From contig CAZCSM010000003.1 of NCBI GenBank assembly GCA_964501355.1, positions 1,660-65,659 on the forward strand: a stretch of 64,000 nucleotides of DNA, in the 5' to 3' direction. The number at the start of each line of letters is the position of its first letter. Position 1 is the first letter of the stretch. The notes under the pieces are model-generated. The model worked only from the letters and a program-made list of their open reading frames with translations. It did not search any database and was not told the DNA's origin. A program made the position numbers and the translations under genes. The stretch comes from an uncultured Candidatus Saccharibacteria bacterium (GTDB lineage: Bacteria > Patescibacteriota > Dojkabacteria > CAZCSM01). Of this stretch, positions 29,376-39,548 are shown piece after piece.

Positions 29376-30812
29376 TTGAAAGAAGTAAAACTCGGCACTT
29401 ATAATAATAGACAAAGAGCGAGAGATCAGGAATTCTCGCAAAAAATCGAAAAAACAAAAGGACAATCAAAAAAGAAGTTTGCCCTTTTGTTTGTGTTTGG
29501 TTTAGCTTTTATCCTTGGTTCGCTGTACTTTCTATATGCGAGTTTCTTCAAAGACTTTCTTTACGGAAACGAATGTGTGGACGGCATTTGTACACAAGGT
29601 GGCGGATTATTCGGTTCTTTGGTTGAAGAACCAGAGCTTAGGAAAACCGGTAATCTTACAAACGCTTTACTGATAGGAATTGATACAAGAAAAGATCAAC
29701 CCGGACTTCTCAACACGGATACTATTATGGTCATTACGTATGATCATTCAAACGGTAATGTGTTTATGACATCTTTGCCACGTGATTTATACGTCAAGAT
29801 TCCTGCTATTCGTCCATATTCATCCAGGATTAATGCTGTTTATGCGCAAGGTGTGAATGATGCCGACCATGATACCGGTGTCGATTATCTTGTTCAGGTC
29901 GTAGAAGAGATAACAGGACTTAATATCCATTATCATGCCATGATTAATTACGACGGATTTCTGGAAGTAATTAATGAAGTTGGTGGTGTTGAGGTCTGTG
30001 TAGAAAATGAATTTTACGGTCAGTATCCAAAGGGAGAAGGGTGGGAGAATATTCATTTCGCAGAGGGATGTCAGGAAATGGATGGAGAAACTGCTCTAAA
30101 ATATGCGAGAACAAGATATTCTACAAATCCACTAGAGGCGTCTGATTTTGCTCGTGCAAGAAGACAGCAAAAGGTCATTATTGCAACGAAAGATAAGGTA
30201 ATGAAACTCGAAAATTTATTAAATCCACTGAAACTTTCCGAATTTATTCAAATTGCTGGGGATAATATTAAACTTTCTGAATATAATCAGGAAGATGTTC
30301 GCGCAGGAATTAAGGCTCTTCAATCCTTCGATAATTCAAAAATTACAAGTCTTGTTCTAGATCCGAGCATTGCCGGAGGAAATTTAATTCACGTCATCCC
30401 AAATAGCGATGCGTACCTTCTTGGTCCGACAACAGGAAGTTGGACGCAGGTTCATGACTTTGTTCAAACTGTTGTGAAATCGCCGGCATTGCTTCAAGAG
30501 AATGCAAAGATTTATGTTTACAATGGCGGTGCTTCGGTTGGCGCTGCCGGTGAATTGGTTGAGGATATCAAAGAGAATGTATTGCTTAGCGCTTGGGTTG
30601 GAGGGAATACGACAGCAAGAGATCATGTTGGTTTAAAGATTTATGACTTTTCCGGCGGCCAAGCTTCTGGTACAATTGCCGCTTTACAAACCTTGCTAGA
30701 TGATGAGCAGGTTATCACAGAAATTCCTGAAGGAATTGAAAACTGGTATGATGAAGATATTGTGATAATTGTCGGCGGAGAAGAGGTTGAGGAAGAGATT
30801 TTAGCTCCGTAA
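29376..30812 (+). CDS. LytR-CpsA-Psr (LCP) family cell-envelope polymer transferase
   Basis: 'LLIGIDTR....LLNTDTIMVITYDHSNGNVFMTSLPRDLYVKIP' and 'INYDGFLEVINEVGGVEV' LCP core, plus a C-terminal LytR_C-like domain. TTG start. Confidence 0.85.
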   Translation: MKEVKLGTYNNRQRARDQEFSQKIEKTKGQSKKKFALLFVFGLAFILGSLYFLYASFFKDFLYGNECVDGICTQGGGLFGSLVEEPELRKTGNLTNALLIGIDTRKDQPGLLNTDTIMVITYDHSNGNVFMTSLPRDLYVKIPAIRPYSSRINAVYAQGVNDADHDTGVDYLVQVVEEITGLNIHYHAMINYDGFLEVINEVGGVEVCVENEFYGQYPKGEGWENIHFAEGCQEMDGETALKYARTRYSTNPLEASDFARARRQQKVIIATKDKVMKLENLLNPLKLSEFIQIAGDNIKLSEYNQEDVRAGIKALQSFDNSKITSLVLDPSIAGGNLIHVIPNSDAYLLGPTTGSWTQVHDFVQTVVKSPALLQENAKIYVYNGGASVGAAGELVEDIKENVLLSAWVGGNTTARDHVGLKIYDFSGGQASGTIAALQTLLDDEQVITEIPEGIENWYDEDIVIIVGGEEVEEEILAP

Positions 30813-30822
30813 ATCAATTGTA

Positions 30823-31338
30823 TTGAAAATAATGCTTACGTCTGACGAGGAAAAATATCTTTTAAAAATTCCCGAAGATAAGATTGCACATATCTATCCT
30901 TACGATTCAAAGGTTAAAACCGTTGTTGCATTTTTGAAATCAAAGTTAAAAGCTGCCGGGATAGAAAATGATTTTCTTTGGATTGGAGCTTCCGCTCTTG
31001 GAATCGCGGGTCAAAATGATATTGATTTTCATATTCTTTCAAGGTCTGATGAATGGCAATCTTTAGCACAAAAAGTTTCTTCCGTTTTTGGCGAGCGTGT
31101 AAAAGGAATATCAATCTTTAAGTGGGATTTGAAAATAGATGGCTTTGAGGTTGAACTTTATTTATCAGATCCGGAAAGTCGTGGGATGTCAGTTCAAATA
31201 GAAGTTTACAATATTTTGAAAAATAATAGGAAACTTTTGGAAGGGTATGAAAAATTGAAAATCGAATCTGATGGAATTTTGTTCCGTGAGTATATGAGAA
31301 AGAAATACGAATTCTTTCACAGGATACTAAAACGTTGA
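30823..31338 (+). CDS. Hypothetical protein, possibly a GrpB-like nucleotidyltransferase fold
   Basis: 'FLWIGASALGIAGQNDIDFHIL' resembles the GrpB/UPF0157 'HIGSTAVPGLAAKPIIDI' core. Confidence 0.35.
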   Translation: MKIMLTSDEEKYLLKIPEDKIAHIYPYDSKVKTVVAFLKSKLKAAGIENDFLWIGASALGIAGQNDIDFHILSRSDEWQSLAQKVSSVFGERVKGISIFKWDLKIDGFEVELYLSDPESRGMSVQIEVYNILKNNRKLLEGYEKLKIESDGILFREYMRKKYEFFHRILKR

Positions 31339-31595
31339 AGTTGGGGGAAAAACAAAAAGTGGCATTCAAGAAATCGGCGGGTGCATTAATCATTTCCTTA
31401 CGAATCTGATTCTGCATTAGTCTTTAAAACCCACGGACTAACATTTAATTTCTAGAATACCAATATCAATATAACAGTGCATTGTTAACAAATTCTAAGC
31501 TTTTTACCAAACAATTGTTTTTCAGTATTTCTCTTCGTGCGAAATCTTCATTTGGGTGTTAATATGATTGAATAAGCAATTATCTCATATTACCT

Positions 31596-34124
31596 ATGAA
31601 CTACTGGAATACAAAATTATCTGAGCTAATAAAAGATTTTAACCATTTTGAAACGGGACTTGACCGAAAGGAATATAAGTCTCGTCTTGAGCAGTTCGGC
31701 TACAATGAAATTCGCGATATGGATTCTGCGAATGCTTTCAAAATTCTTCTTGCACAATTCTCCAATCCTTTGGTAATTATTCTCATTGGTGTAATTTTCA
31801 TTTCATTTATTGCAGAGGATCACACGAATGCGATTGTTATTCTCGTTATGCTTCTTGTTAATACAACAATTGGTTTTGTTCAAGAGTATCGTGCCCACAA
31901 GTCTCTAGAGAAACTTAAGAAATTAATCGTAATAAATGCCAAGGTTTATCGTGATGGAAAAATTGAAATTGTTAATAGTAGGGACATCGTTCCGGGAGAT
32001 GTTGTAATTTTGAATAAAGGAGACGTGGTTCCGGCAGATATTCGTCTAATTGAGACGAAGGGATTACTTGCCAATGAATCCGTTCTAACTGGTGAGTCGG
32101 CTGATGTTGAGAAAGATGAGAATGCACTTTTCGAAAATGCCAAACTTCCACAGGATATTAAGAATGGTGTTTTTCAGGGAACTTCTATTTCCTCCGGTTA
32201 TGGTAAAGGAATAGTCGTTGCAACTGCAACTTATACTTTTCTTGGTAAATCCGTTCGGCTTGGAGAAAAAGAACAGAAAAGTCATTTCTCACAAAAAATG
32301 GAATCTTTCACAAAGGTACTTTTTATGTTCGTGCTTGGGATTACGACTTTCTCCACTATTGTAAATGTGTATTTCGGCAGGAGTATTTTAGAATCATTGA
32401 TAATCGGAATTCTTCTTGCACTTGGAATAACACCGGAAACTATGCCGGTTATTGTTTCAATTTCGCTTTCTTATGCAGCATCTCGACTTTCGAAAAAGAA
32501 GGTATTAATTAAAAAACTTTCTGCATTTGAAGACCTGGGGAATATGGATATTTTGTGCTCTGATAAAACCGGAACGCTGACTTCTGCGAAGTTGGTTGTG
32601 CACAATTTTGTGGATACTTCATTCAAGAGAGATTCTGACATTTTGAGATATTCTTTAATTTGTAATGCATCAAATCCTTCTACAAACGGTTTAATCTTAC
32701 AAAATTCTATTGATGAAACCATTTGGGAAGATGATCATTCACAATCTCTGAAAAATGATTTGGATAAAATCACAGTCACAAAGGCTTGGGATTTCAGCTT
32801 CGAAAACAGAATGATGGGGGTTTTAATTAATCATGCTGTGGAGAAGACCCTTGTTATCAAAGGTGCACCGGATCAAGTTATGCAAAGATGTTCCGCTTGT
32901 GAAAATAAAGATATGGTTTTAGAAAATATTCAAAAATACGAGCAGCGCGGATATCGGATTATTGCCATTGCGACGAAACATGTTGAGCGCGAACTTCATC
33001 GTGATGATTTGACTACAATTAATGACTTAACACTAGCAGGCTTCGTTCTTCTCGAAGATCCTCCTCGCTCTAATGTTATCGCTCAAGTGAAGAAACTTTC
33101 TAACCTTGGGGTGCAACTGAAAATAATTACCGGAGATAGTCTTGCTGTTACGAAAGAGCTTTGTGAAAAAGTGAATCTCGGAGTTACTGACGAACAGATA
33201 ATCTCCGGAGAAGATCTGGAAACTTTAGAGCATTCGGATAAATCTGCTTATGAAGAAAAAGTTAAAACAGGAATAATTTTTGCTCGAGTTTCTCCTGAGC
33301 AGAAGAAACAAATTATTGAATTTCTTCGAGAATCCGGTCATGTGGTTGGTTACATGGGGGATGGGATTAATGATGTCGGAGCCTTGCGATCTGCGGACAT
33401 TGGAATTGCAGTTGATACCGCGACTGATGTTGCGAAGGATAGCTCCGATATTATTCTTATGGCTCGAAATCTGGATGCTGTTGCAACTGCTATTACCGAA
33501 GGTCGAAAGGTTTTTGTAAACACAATGAAATTCATTTTCAGTACAATGAGTTCGAGTTTCGGGAATGTAATTACTATTACATTTGCCTCGCTATTTCTCC
33601 CATTTCTCCCGCTTCTTCCTGTTCAACTTTTGCTTTTGGATTTCTTAAGCGATTTTCAACACTTGGCGATTTCAACGGATAATGTAGATAATGTTTTATT
33701 ACGAAAACCGAAGAGTTGGGATATGAGAATTTTCGTGAAGTATTCAATTCTTTGGGGAATTGTAAGTACTTTTTTTGATGTTTTTCACATTCTCGTTATT
33801 TTAGCAATTACTGATTCTCCTGCACTCTTTCGAACCACATGGATTTTCGAATCGATTTCAACGGAAATATTGGCAACGATGGCGCTTCGTACTCCAAAAC
33901 TTCTCATCAAGAGCAAGCCAAGCCGTTTGCTTTTAATATTCTCTGCGGTTCCAGTTATTATCTTTATCGTTCTATCGTACACTTCTTACTTCGATAAATG
34001 GTTTGAAGTTGTGCCGATGAATGCATTAATCATGCTGGTTATTTCCGGAATCGTGGCGATTTATGTAGTTGGACTGGAACTTGTGAAGAAATCGTATTAT
34101 CGAGAGTTTTGGGGAGTGGGGTAA
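31596..34124 (+). CDS. Cation-transporting P-type ATPase (type II, Mg2+/Ca2+-like)
   Basis: 'CSDKTGTLT' phosphorylation motif, 'MGDGINDVGAL' hinge and ten TM segments. Length 842 aa. Confidence 0.92.
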   Translation: MNYWNTKLSELIKDFNHFETGLDRKEYKSRLEQFGYNEIRDMDSANAFKILLAQFSNPLVIILIGVIFISFIAEDHTNAIVILVMLLVNTTIGFVQEYRAHKSLEKLKKLIVINAKVYRDGKIEIVNSRDIVPGDVVILNKGDVVPADIRLIETKGLLANESVLTGESADVEKDENALFENAKLPQDIKNGVFQGTSISSGYGKGIVVATATYTFLGKSVRLGEKEQKSHFSQKMESFTKVLFMFVLGITTFSTIVNVYFGRSILESLIIGILLALGITPETMPVIVSISLSYAASRLSKKKVLIKKLSAFEDLGNMDILCSDKTGTLTSAKLVVHNFVDTSFKRDSDILRYSLICNASNPSTNGLILQNSIDETIWEDDHSQSLKNDLDKITVTKAWDFSFENRMMGVLINHAVEKTLVIKGAPDQVMQRCSACENKDMVLENIQKYEQRGYRIIAIATKHVERELHRDDLTTINDLTLAGFVLLEDPPRSNVIAQVKKLSNLGVQLKIITGDSLAVTKELCEKVNLGVTDEQIISGEDLETLEHSDKSAYEEKVKTGIIFARVSPEQKKQIIEFLRESGHVVGYMGDGINDVGALRSADIGIAVDTATDVAKDSSDIILMARNLDAVATAITEGRKVFVNTMKFIFSTMSSSFGNVITITFASLFLPFLPLLPVQLLLLDFLSDFQHLAISTDNVDNVLLRKPKSWDMRIFVKYSILWGIVSTFFDVFHILVILAITDSPALFRTTWIFESISTEILATMALRTPKLLIKSKPSRLLLIFSAVPVIIFIVLSYTSYFDKWFEVVPMNALIMLVISGIVAIYVVGLELVKKSYYREFWGVG

Positions 34125-34606
34125 AGAAAGTTTTCCCATTCCGCCCTCAACTTCTTTGGTAATCTTTCACTTTGCCAATCATACCACTTTTCCTTAAGAC
34201 TTTTGGGAATCGTTTGGTTCTGCCATTTGAATTCATTTGCAATCTTTTCCTCAGGATTTTCTAAATTAGATTCTGCGATTTTTAACGAATAATATGCTGC
34301 ACCGAATGCGTGTTCGGGTACGTGTGCTGTGGCAACGGCTTGGCCCGCTGCTCGTGCTGCAAAACAAGCATTATCATTTCCATCTTCTTTCGCTTTTCGT
34401 GCTGCTGCATGGGAATCCAGAGATGCACTTCGAATAACAGGCATTTTGAATTCACCTGTTTTAGTCCACTTGCCCAGGGTTTCTAGAGCAATTCCCGGTC
34501 GATCATCTTCCGGATACTTTTCCTCAAAAATTGGAAGAATTCGACTCGCACATTTTAGTGCCCAAACTGCTAATAACTTTTGTTCCTGCCTATCAAATTT
34601 CGTCAT
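34097..34606 (-). CDS. Hypothetical protein
   Basis: 169-aa helical ORF. Its 3' end overlaps the convergent ATPase gene by 28 nt. Confidence 0.45.
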   Translation of the reverse strand: MTKFDRQEQKLLAVWALKCASRILPIFEEKYPEDDRPGIALETLGKWTKTGEFKMPVIRSASLDSHAAARKAKEDGNDNACFAARAAGQAVATAHVPEHAFGAAYYSLKIAESNLENPEEKIANEFKWQNQTIPKSLKEKWYDWQSERLPKKLRAEWENFLYPTPQNSR

Positions 34607-35008
34607 TTGAGGTTCAGTGTTAGTATGAGAAAATAAATGTATAAGTTGTGATACATATTACTAATTTTATAAACATTTTTGTTCATATTTTGAACGAGTT
34701 TTAAAGTTAGTTTGTTGTATAAATATTCTTCCCATACTTTTGTGACCAAAAGTATGCAAAAGTCTTGGGGTGAATAAGTGCCCTCCAAGCACGAACTAAT
34801 TACAAATAGCAACCGGCATCATTCACCCCAAACCCCAGGTTAAAACAATCATTATTTACTACCAACCAGAAAATACACAAATGTAGACCTGTATTTTAAT
34901 GTGCTTACTTTCGTAACATGTATACAATCAGAACAATATATTTCAAATCAATCAACAGATATAGTATAATTCGATTGGTGTCAGAATGTCAGTTATTAAT
35001 TTAGTCAG

Positions 35009-35383
35009 ATGTCAGTTATGTCAGATCAAGGCACGTATTCCGCGCACTTCGTTTCAGGAGTGCTCAAGTTCGACTTCAAGGTCGCCGGTTTTCCGGATCT
35101 CCTCAAAGTTGCTCAGGACTGGGCAAAGGATGAAAATTTCTACGAATTACAAGTACGTTCTGTTTCCGATAAAAATTTCGGATTGCAGTTCAACTATTAT
35201 GCCGAAGGAACAAAGATTGGATGGTTTGGTGATAATTATATCAAGCCATTACTGAAGAAATTTCCTTCTTATGCAGTTGATGTTGCTTACGAAGGTAGAA
35301 CCGGTGAACATGCAAAAGGAGAAGTTTTGGAAGGGGTTATAGTTAGCAAGGCTCTTCCGATTAAAAATAACTTCAAGCATTAG
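35009..35383 (+). CDS. Hypothetical protein
   Basis: 124-aa ORF preceded by TATAAT (34964-34969) and a TGTCAG repeat array. Confidence 0.45.
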   Translation: MSVMSDQGTYSAHFVSGVLKFDFKVAGFPDLLKVAQDWAKDENFYELQVRSVSDKNFGLQFNYYAEGTKIGWFGDNYIKPLLKKFPSYAVDVAYEGRTGEHAKGEVLEGVIVSKALPIKNNFKH

Positions 35384-35447
35384 GAAAAAATAAAATACAT
35401 ATGGTGATTCTGACACCCACCATATGCATTAGTTTTGACTTTTTGTT

Positions 35448-35840
35448 TTATTCTTCTTTATGGAGCCACTTCAATGCTTCTTCACGTGTTTCGAAAAGTT
35501 CTACCGCCCAGTTTTCTTCCGCTGCAACATCTTTATAAAAAATAACTTTCTCCTGAGCCTGAGGATCCATTTGTTTCGGGAGAATGACCGCGATTCGCGA
35601 AACTTGGCGATATTGCGGTTCCTGTTTATATGATGCTGTCTGACGAAAAGCATCTGCGAATGAGGCTTGCAGGTTGCAGTTACTTAGGTCAACAAGGAAT
35701 TTGAAGCAGTTATTCTTTAATGATAACTCTGTGGATTTGTCCGAGGTGGAAGATAATGTTTCTGTTGTTACAGTTCCTCTGCATATGGTCTCTATTATGT
35801 TGAGGTCTTTATCATAAGATACTACGTATTCCTCTTGCAT
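35448..35840 (-). CDS. Hypothetical protein
   Basis: 130-aa ORF. Confidence 0.45.
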   Translation of the reverse strand: MQEEYVVSYDKDLNIIETICRGTVTTETLSSTSDKSTELSLKNNCFKFLVDLSNCNLQASFADAFRQTASYKQEPQYRQVSRIAVILPKQMDPQAQEKVIFYKDVAAEENWAVELFETREEALKWLHKEE

Positions 35841-35925
35841 AGATTCTTTATTAAAGTAGTTATTAATATTTATACTAGAGAAATGTGAGATTGTTGTAAA
35901 GTTGGGGCTTTAGATGAAAATCAAA

Positions 35926-36015
35926 TGGCGGAGAGGACAGGATTTGAACCTGCGGTAGCGGTTATGCTACACAGTCTTTCCAGGACTGCCAATTAAGCCA
36001 CTCTTGCACCTCTCC
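35926..36015 (-). tRNA. tRNA-Ser (anticodon GGA), type II with a long variable arm and encoded CCA
   Basis: Reverse complement GGAGAGGTGCAAGAGTGGCTTAATTGGCAGTCCTGGAAAGACTGTGTAGCATAACCGCTACCGCAGGTTCAAATCCTGTCCTCTCCGCCA. The anticodon loop is CTGGAAA, the T-arm is GGTTCAAATCC, and the acceptor stem is 7 bp. Confidence 0.85.
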
Positions 36016-36062
36016 ATTTTGAAGCGAACCAATTATAGCGTATTTATTAAGGATTCGAAAGA

Positions 36063-36611
36063 TTATTCCTCTACAGGCACAAACTTGAATTCGTCCATGA
36101 CATAGGCAGCATATGTACCTTCATCCTTCGTGAAGGATATTTGATTAGATCCTTCATTTAGTGGGATATCGCCAATCTTATACCATTTCCATCCCTTTGT
36201 GTCTTCCGAGATGTGATTGTACTTTTTCGTATTCGAATTATTTGTCACAATAGTAACACTTCTTGCGCCGTTTTCATGCACACCGTCGTCACTTAGCTTA
36301 ACCCACAATGTATATGTTCCCATTGTTGGAGAGCTGAACTCATATACCGCAGAAGCACTCTCATCTCCAAGATATGCTTCCAATCCCCGTGCTGATTCCG
36401 CAATGTAGGAATACGTTCCACCATTTACCAAAGTTCCTTCTCCGCCTTCAACGTAAATCGTTCCGGCAGGATCAGTCGTTTCTTGCGTTGTCTCATCTTG
36501 AGAACTTTCGCCATTTTCATTCGTTCTTCTCTGATTCATTAAAATGATAGCAATAGAAACACCAACGACGACCATAATAATCGGAATAAAGAACCATAAC
36601 TTCATTTTCAT
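36063..36611 (-). CDS. Secreted/membrane-anchored hypothetical protein
   Basis: N-terminal TM helix 'LWFFIPIIMVVVGVSIAIILM'. Confidence 0.5.
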   Translation of the reverse strand: MKMKLWFFIPIIMVVVGVSIAIILMNQRRTNENGESSQDETTQETTDPAGTIYVEGGEGTLVNGGTYSYIAESARGLEAYLGDESASAVYEFSSPTMGTYTLWVKLSDDGVHENGARSVTIVTNNSNTKKYNHISEDTKGWKWYKIGDIPLNEGSNQISFTKDEGTYAAYVMDEFKFVPVEE

Positions 36612-36818
36612 CTTTTACAAAAACTTAACTATTTATAATAAATAGTTGCAAATATGTTTGGTATAGTCAATAGCTGTTATTCGCAGCTTCTTGTTACTGC
36701 TATTACAATCTTTTCTTCCAATAGCGAGAGAGTCAATCACAAGGATATTATCCTTTGAAAACGTAATAACTAATTGATAATATCGTTTTAGTTAGTAGCT
36801 TAATTTATTCATAAATAA

Positions 36819-37445
36819 ATGAAAAAGAATTCGATACTTTTAGTCGCAATGGGAATCCTTGCTTTTGTTGCTGTTGCAATTGTGGCAGCACGAGTTCTGA
36901 CTCCTGAAGATACATGGCTTTGTGACAATGGTGCTTGGGTAAAGCATGGAAACCCTTCTGATCCTGCTCCAACAACTGGGTGTGGTGATGATGCTGTTGA
37001 GTCCGAGGTCTCGAATTTTGAAGAATGTGTGGCAGCGGGCAATCCTGTGATGGAGAGTTATCCGAGACAGTGTGCAAGTAATGGTGAAACATACGTTGAA
37101 AATATCGGAAATGAACTTGCAATGATTGATCAAATCATCGTTAATTATCCTCGTCCTAATAACGAAGTTGAAGAGAGTTTCCTTTTATCCGGTGAGGCTA
37201 GGGGAACCTGGTTTTTTGAAGCAGAGTTTCCTGTTAAGCTTCTGGATGAAGATGGGAATGTATTATTCTCAGGTCCTGTTATGACGGATATGGATTGGAT
37301 GACGGAAAGCTTCGTTCCTTTTCAAACTGAAATTGTTTTCAATAGACCGGCTTCAGAAAAGGGAACTTTGATTTTAGAGAAGGCGAATCCTTCCGGTCTT
37401 GAGGAAAATGCGGCACAATTGGAAGTTCCAGTGGTGTTTAAGTAA
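36819..37445 (+). CDS. Secreted hypothetical protein
   Basis: Signal peptide 'LLVAMGILAFVAVAIVAA' with Cys pairs in the mature part. Confidence 0.5.
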   Translation: MKKNSILLVAMGILAFVAVAIVAARVLTPEDTWLCDNGAWVKHGNPSDPAPTTGCGDDAVESEVSNFEECVAAGNPVMESYPRQCASNGETYVENIGNELAMIDQIIVNYPRPNNEVEESFLLSGEARGTWFFEAEFPVKLLDEDGNVLFSGPVMTDMDWMTESFVPFQTEIVFNRPASEKGTLILEKANPSGLEENAAQLEVPVVFK

Positions 37446-37639
37446 GTTCAAAAATCAAATACTTCGACAGGCTCAGTACAGGTGGAGGATCAGACACATT
37501 ATAGTCACTAACTATAAATGAAGTCGGTAGATATGTTTTTAGTGTTGTGTTTTGTTAACAAAAGTTTTTAATTTGAGGCTAGTAAATAGTTATGTTCCTT
37601 TTGACACCAAATAACCCCCTTTGTTGCTTCGCAACATTT

Positions 37640-37780
37640 CCCCCTTATCAGGGGGAATCTACCAAAAGTGCCGAAACAACAGAACGTCCTCCAATCACGA
37701 CCTAAAAACAGGTTGCAACCGACATCTGTCGTTTCGGACTTCAACGAGTAACCGACCATCTACAGATAACAAAGGGGTAA
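37640..37780 (+). repeat. Structured intergenic element copy R1 of the CTGAAACAAC family (divergent)
   Basis: CCCCCTTATCAGGGGG hairpin, CCAAAAGTGCCGAAACAAC...GTCGTTTCGGACTTCAACGAGTAACCGACCATCTACAGATAACAAAGGGG. Confidence 0.6.
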
Positions 37781-37842
37781 ACAAAATAGTTCAGAACAAA
37801 AAGCTTTCTTTCATCAGATTCTATATTCTTGATAGTAAAGAA

Positions 37843-37882
37843 GTCTCGTGTCTGATTCTCCCTCCGGAGAATGACACGAGAC
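37843..37882. terminator. Bidirectional terminator hairpin between convergent genes (GTCTCGTGTC...GACACGAGAC)
   Basis: 10-bp stem enclosing a TTCTCC-CTCC-GGAGAA palindrome, followed by TTTTGATCTTTC. The inner palindrome is the reverse complement of the 46343-46370 element. Confidence 0.65.
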
Positions 37883-37901
37883 TTTTGATCTTTCAACCTG
37901 T

Positions 37902-38660
37902 TTACTCCGGCCTCAATGTTCCTGCAAATACCTGCCATGCAAGGGCTGATTTTGCAAGTAAACTTAGCAGAATATACATGAATTCTCCGAATAGATAATT
38001 CTTCCACTTTCCTTTCTTTTTGTACTGCATATACATATTCAGTGAGAAAGTATTAAAGAATAGGAATATTGAGAAGAATATCCAATAAACGAAATCGGGT
38101 GCTTTATATTCCCCTTCGCCTGACCCAAAAAGATGGAGTGCAATTACAACCCATGGAACCGCTCCGGCAAAACAACCTACTGCATAAGAAATCCAGTTCG
38201 TTTTCATTTTGCCCTGATTCCAAACTTCCATCATCAATCCGCAAAGAATCATAATTGCATTTATTGAGAACATTAAGACAATGGTTGAAAGGTCATAAAC
38301 GCCAGTCAGCATAGCAATAAGAACAATCATAATTGATGAGCTAAATGCATATTCGTACCATCTTGCTAAATTCATTCCTTTCTTCAAATTCTTTTCATAC
38401 CAATTGAATGCCGGCCCTGCAATTATCAAATGTGCGAATGCGGAAATTAATAAGAAAGATGCAACAAAAGGTCCGAATTTTAAATCAAACACGGTTTCAG
38501 TTTGCGGCACTAATTTCTGTGTTGCGACATCAAATTGTAAATAGTTTGTATTTACTGGAAGTGAGAAATCATTACTTAGGAAAAACATTAATATACCTTG
38601 CACTGCGTGGAAAAGGCCCATGACGAGATTGTAAATCCTGAGCTTTTTGAAATCGTTCAT
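37902..38660 (-). CDS. Integral membrane protein (hypothetical)
   Basis: Six to seven predicted TM helices. Confidence 0.5.
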   Translation of the reverse strand: MNDFKKLRIYNLVMGLFHAVQGILMFFLSNDFSLPVNTNYLQFDVATQKLVPQTETVFDLKFGPFVASFLLISAFAHLIIAGPAFNWYEKNLKKGMNLARWYEYAFSSSIMIVLIAMLTGVYDLSTIVLMFSINAIMILCGLMMEVWNQGKMKTNWISYAVGCFAGAVPWVVIALHLFGSGEGEYKAPDFVYWIFFSIFLFFNTFSLNMYMQYKKKGKWKNYLFGEFMYILLSLLAKSALAWQVFAGTLRPE

Positions 38661-38741
38661 TTTGATTTACTATAAAATAATTCTAATATTATTCAATATA
38701 TACTATCATGAAGAAAAGTTGAATAGTTTAATGAAACAGAA

Positions 38742-39548
38742 ATGAGCCATAACCAAAAGGTTTCAATAATAATTATTACATATAATCAGAAAGCATTTCT
38801 GGAAAAAAGCCTCCCGATTGTTTTTTCTCAAGATTATTCTGATTATGAAGTCGTCGTCGTCGATTCTGGTTCAACAGATGGAAGTTTCGAACTTTATAAA
38901 AAATATCCGATTAAGGTTGTTAAATATATTGGTTCTGTGGGGAGAAATTTCAATTATGCAACAGCCTTCAACCTGGCGGTTGGTAATTCTACGGGTGATA
39001 TCTATGTTCGATTAAGTGGTGATGTGATTCCCGTAGGTGATAATTGGCTGGAAGAACTTATTACTCCATTTCAGGATTCCGGTGTTGCAGGAGTTTATTC
39101 TCATCAAGTCCACAATAAGGATTCTGACCTACATCATAAACTTTTATCTTTCTTCATTTTTTCTCCTTACCGTGAGCATTTTGCAAAGCTTGCCCCTGGT
39201 TTAATGTTTTGGGGAGCATCTGCAGCAATCCGTAAATCTTGTTATGAGGAAGTCCCTTTTTCCGAAAAGCAAAGACGTGGTGAAGATTCCTTGTGGAGTA
39301 TAGAAATGGCTAAGCGTGGCTACAAAACATTTTACGCGTCGAAATCCCAAGTCATACATAATCATCATAAGGAGGATTCTGAAACGGTTGTCGCAATAGC
39401 AGGCTCTTTAAAACGTTTTTTGCAAATGTATCCTTCCTATGCGGTCGGGATGTTATTCAAGAATTTGGCAAAAGAGGCAATTGATTTCAAGAGAGGTTAT
39501 CTTAATGCTTTTAATGAAAACTTTATAGTGAAGAAAAATGAAAACTAA
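38742..39548 (+). CDS. Family 2 glycosyltransferase
   Basis: 'SIIIITYNQKAFLEKSLPIVFSQDYSDYEVVVVDSGSTDGS' is a GT2 N-terminal signature. Confidence 0.8.
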   Translation: MSHNQKVSIIIITYNQKAFLEKSLPIVFSQDYSDYEVVVVDSGSTDGSFELYKKYPIKVVKYIGSVGRNFNYATAFNLAVGNSTGDIYVRLSGDVIPVGDNWLEELITPFQDSGVAGVYSHQVHNKDSDLHHKLLSFFIFSPYREHFAKLAPGLMFWGASAAIRKSCYEEVPFSEKQRRGEDSLWSIEMAKRGYKTFYASKSQVIHNHHKEDSETVVAIAGSLKRFLQMYPSYAVGMLFKNLAKEAIDFKRGYLNAFNENFIVKKNEN

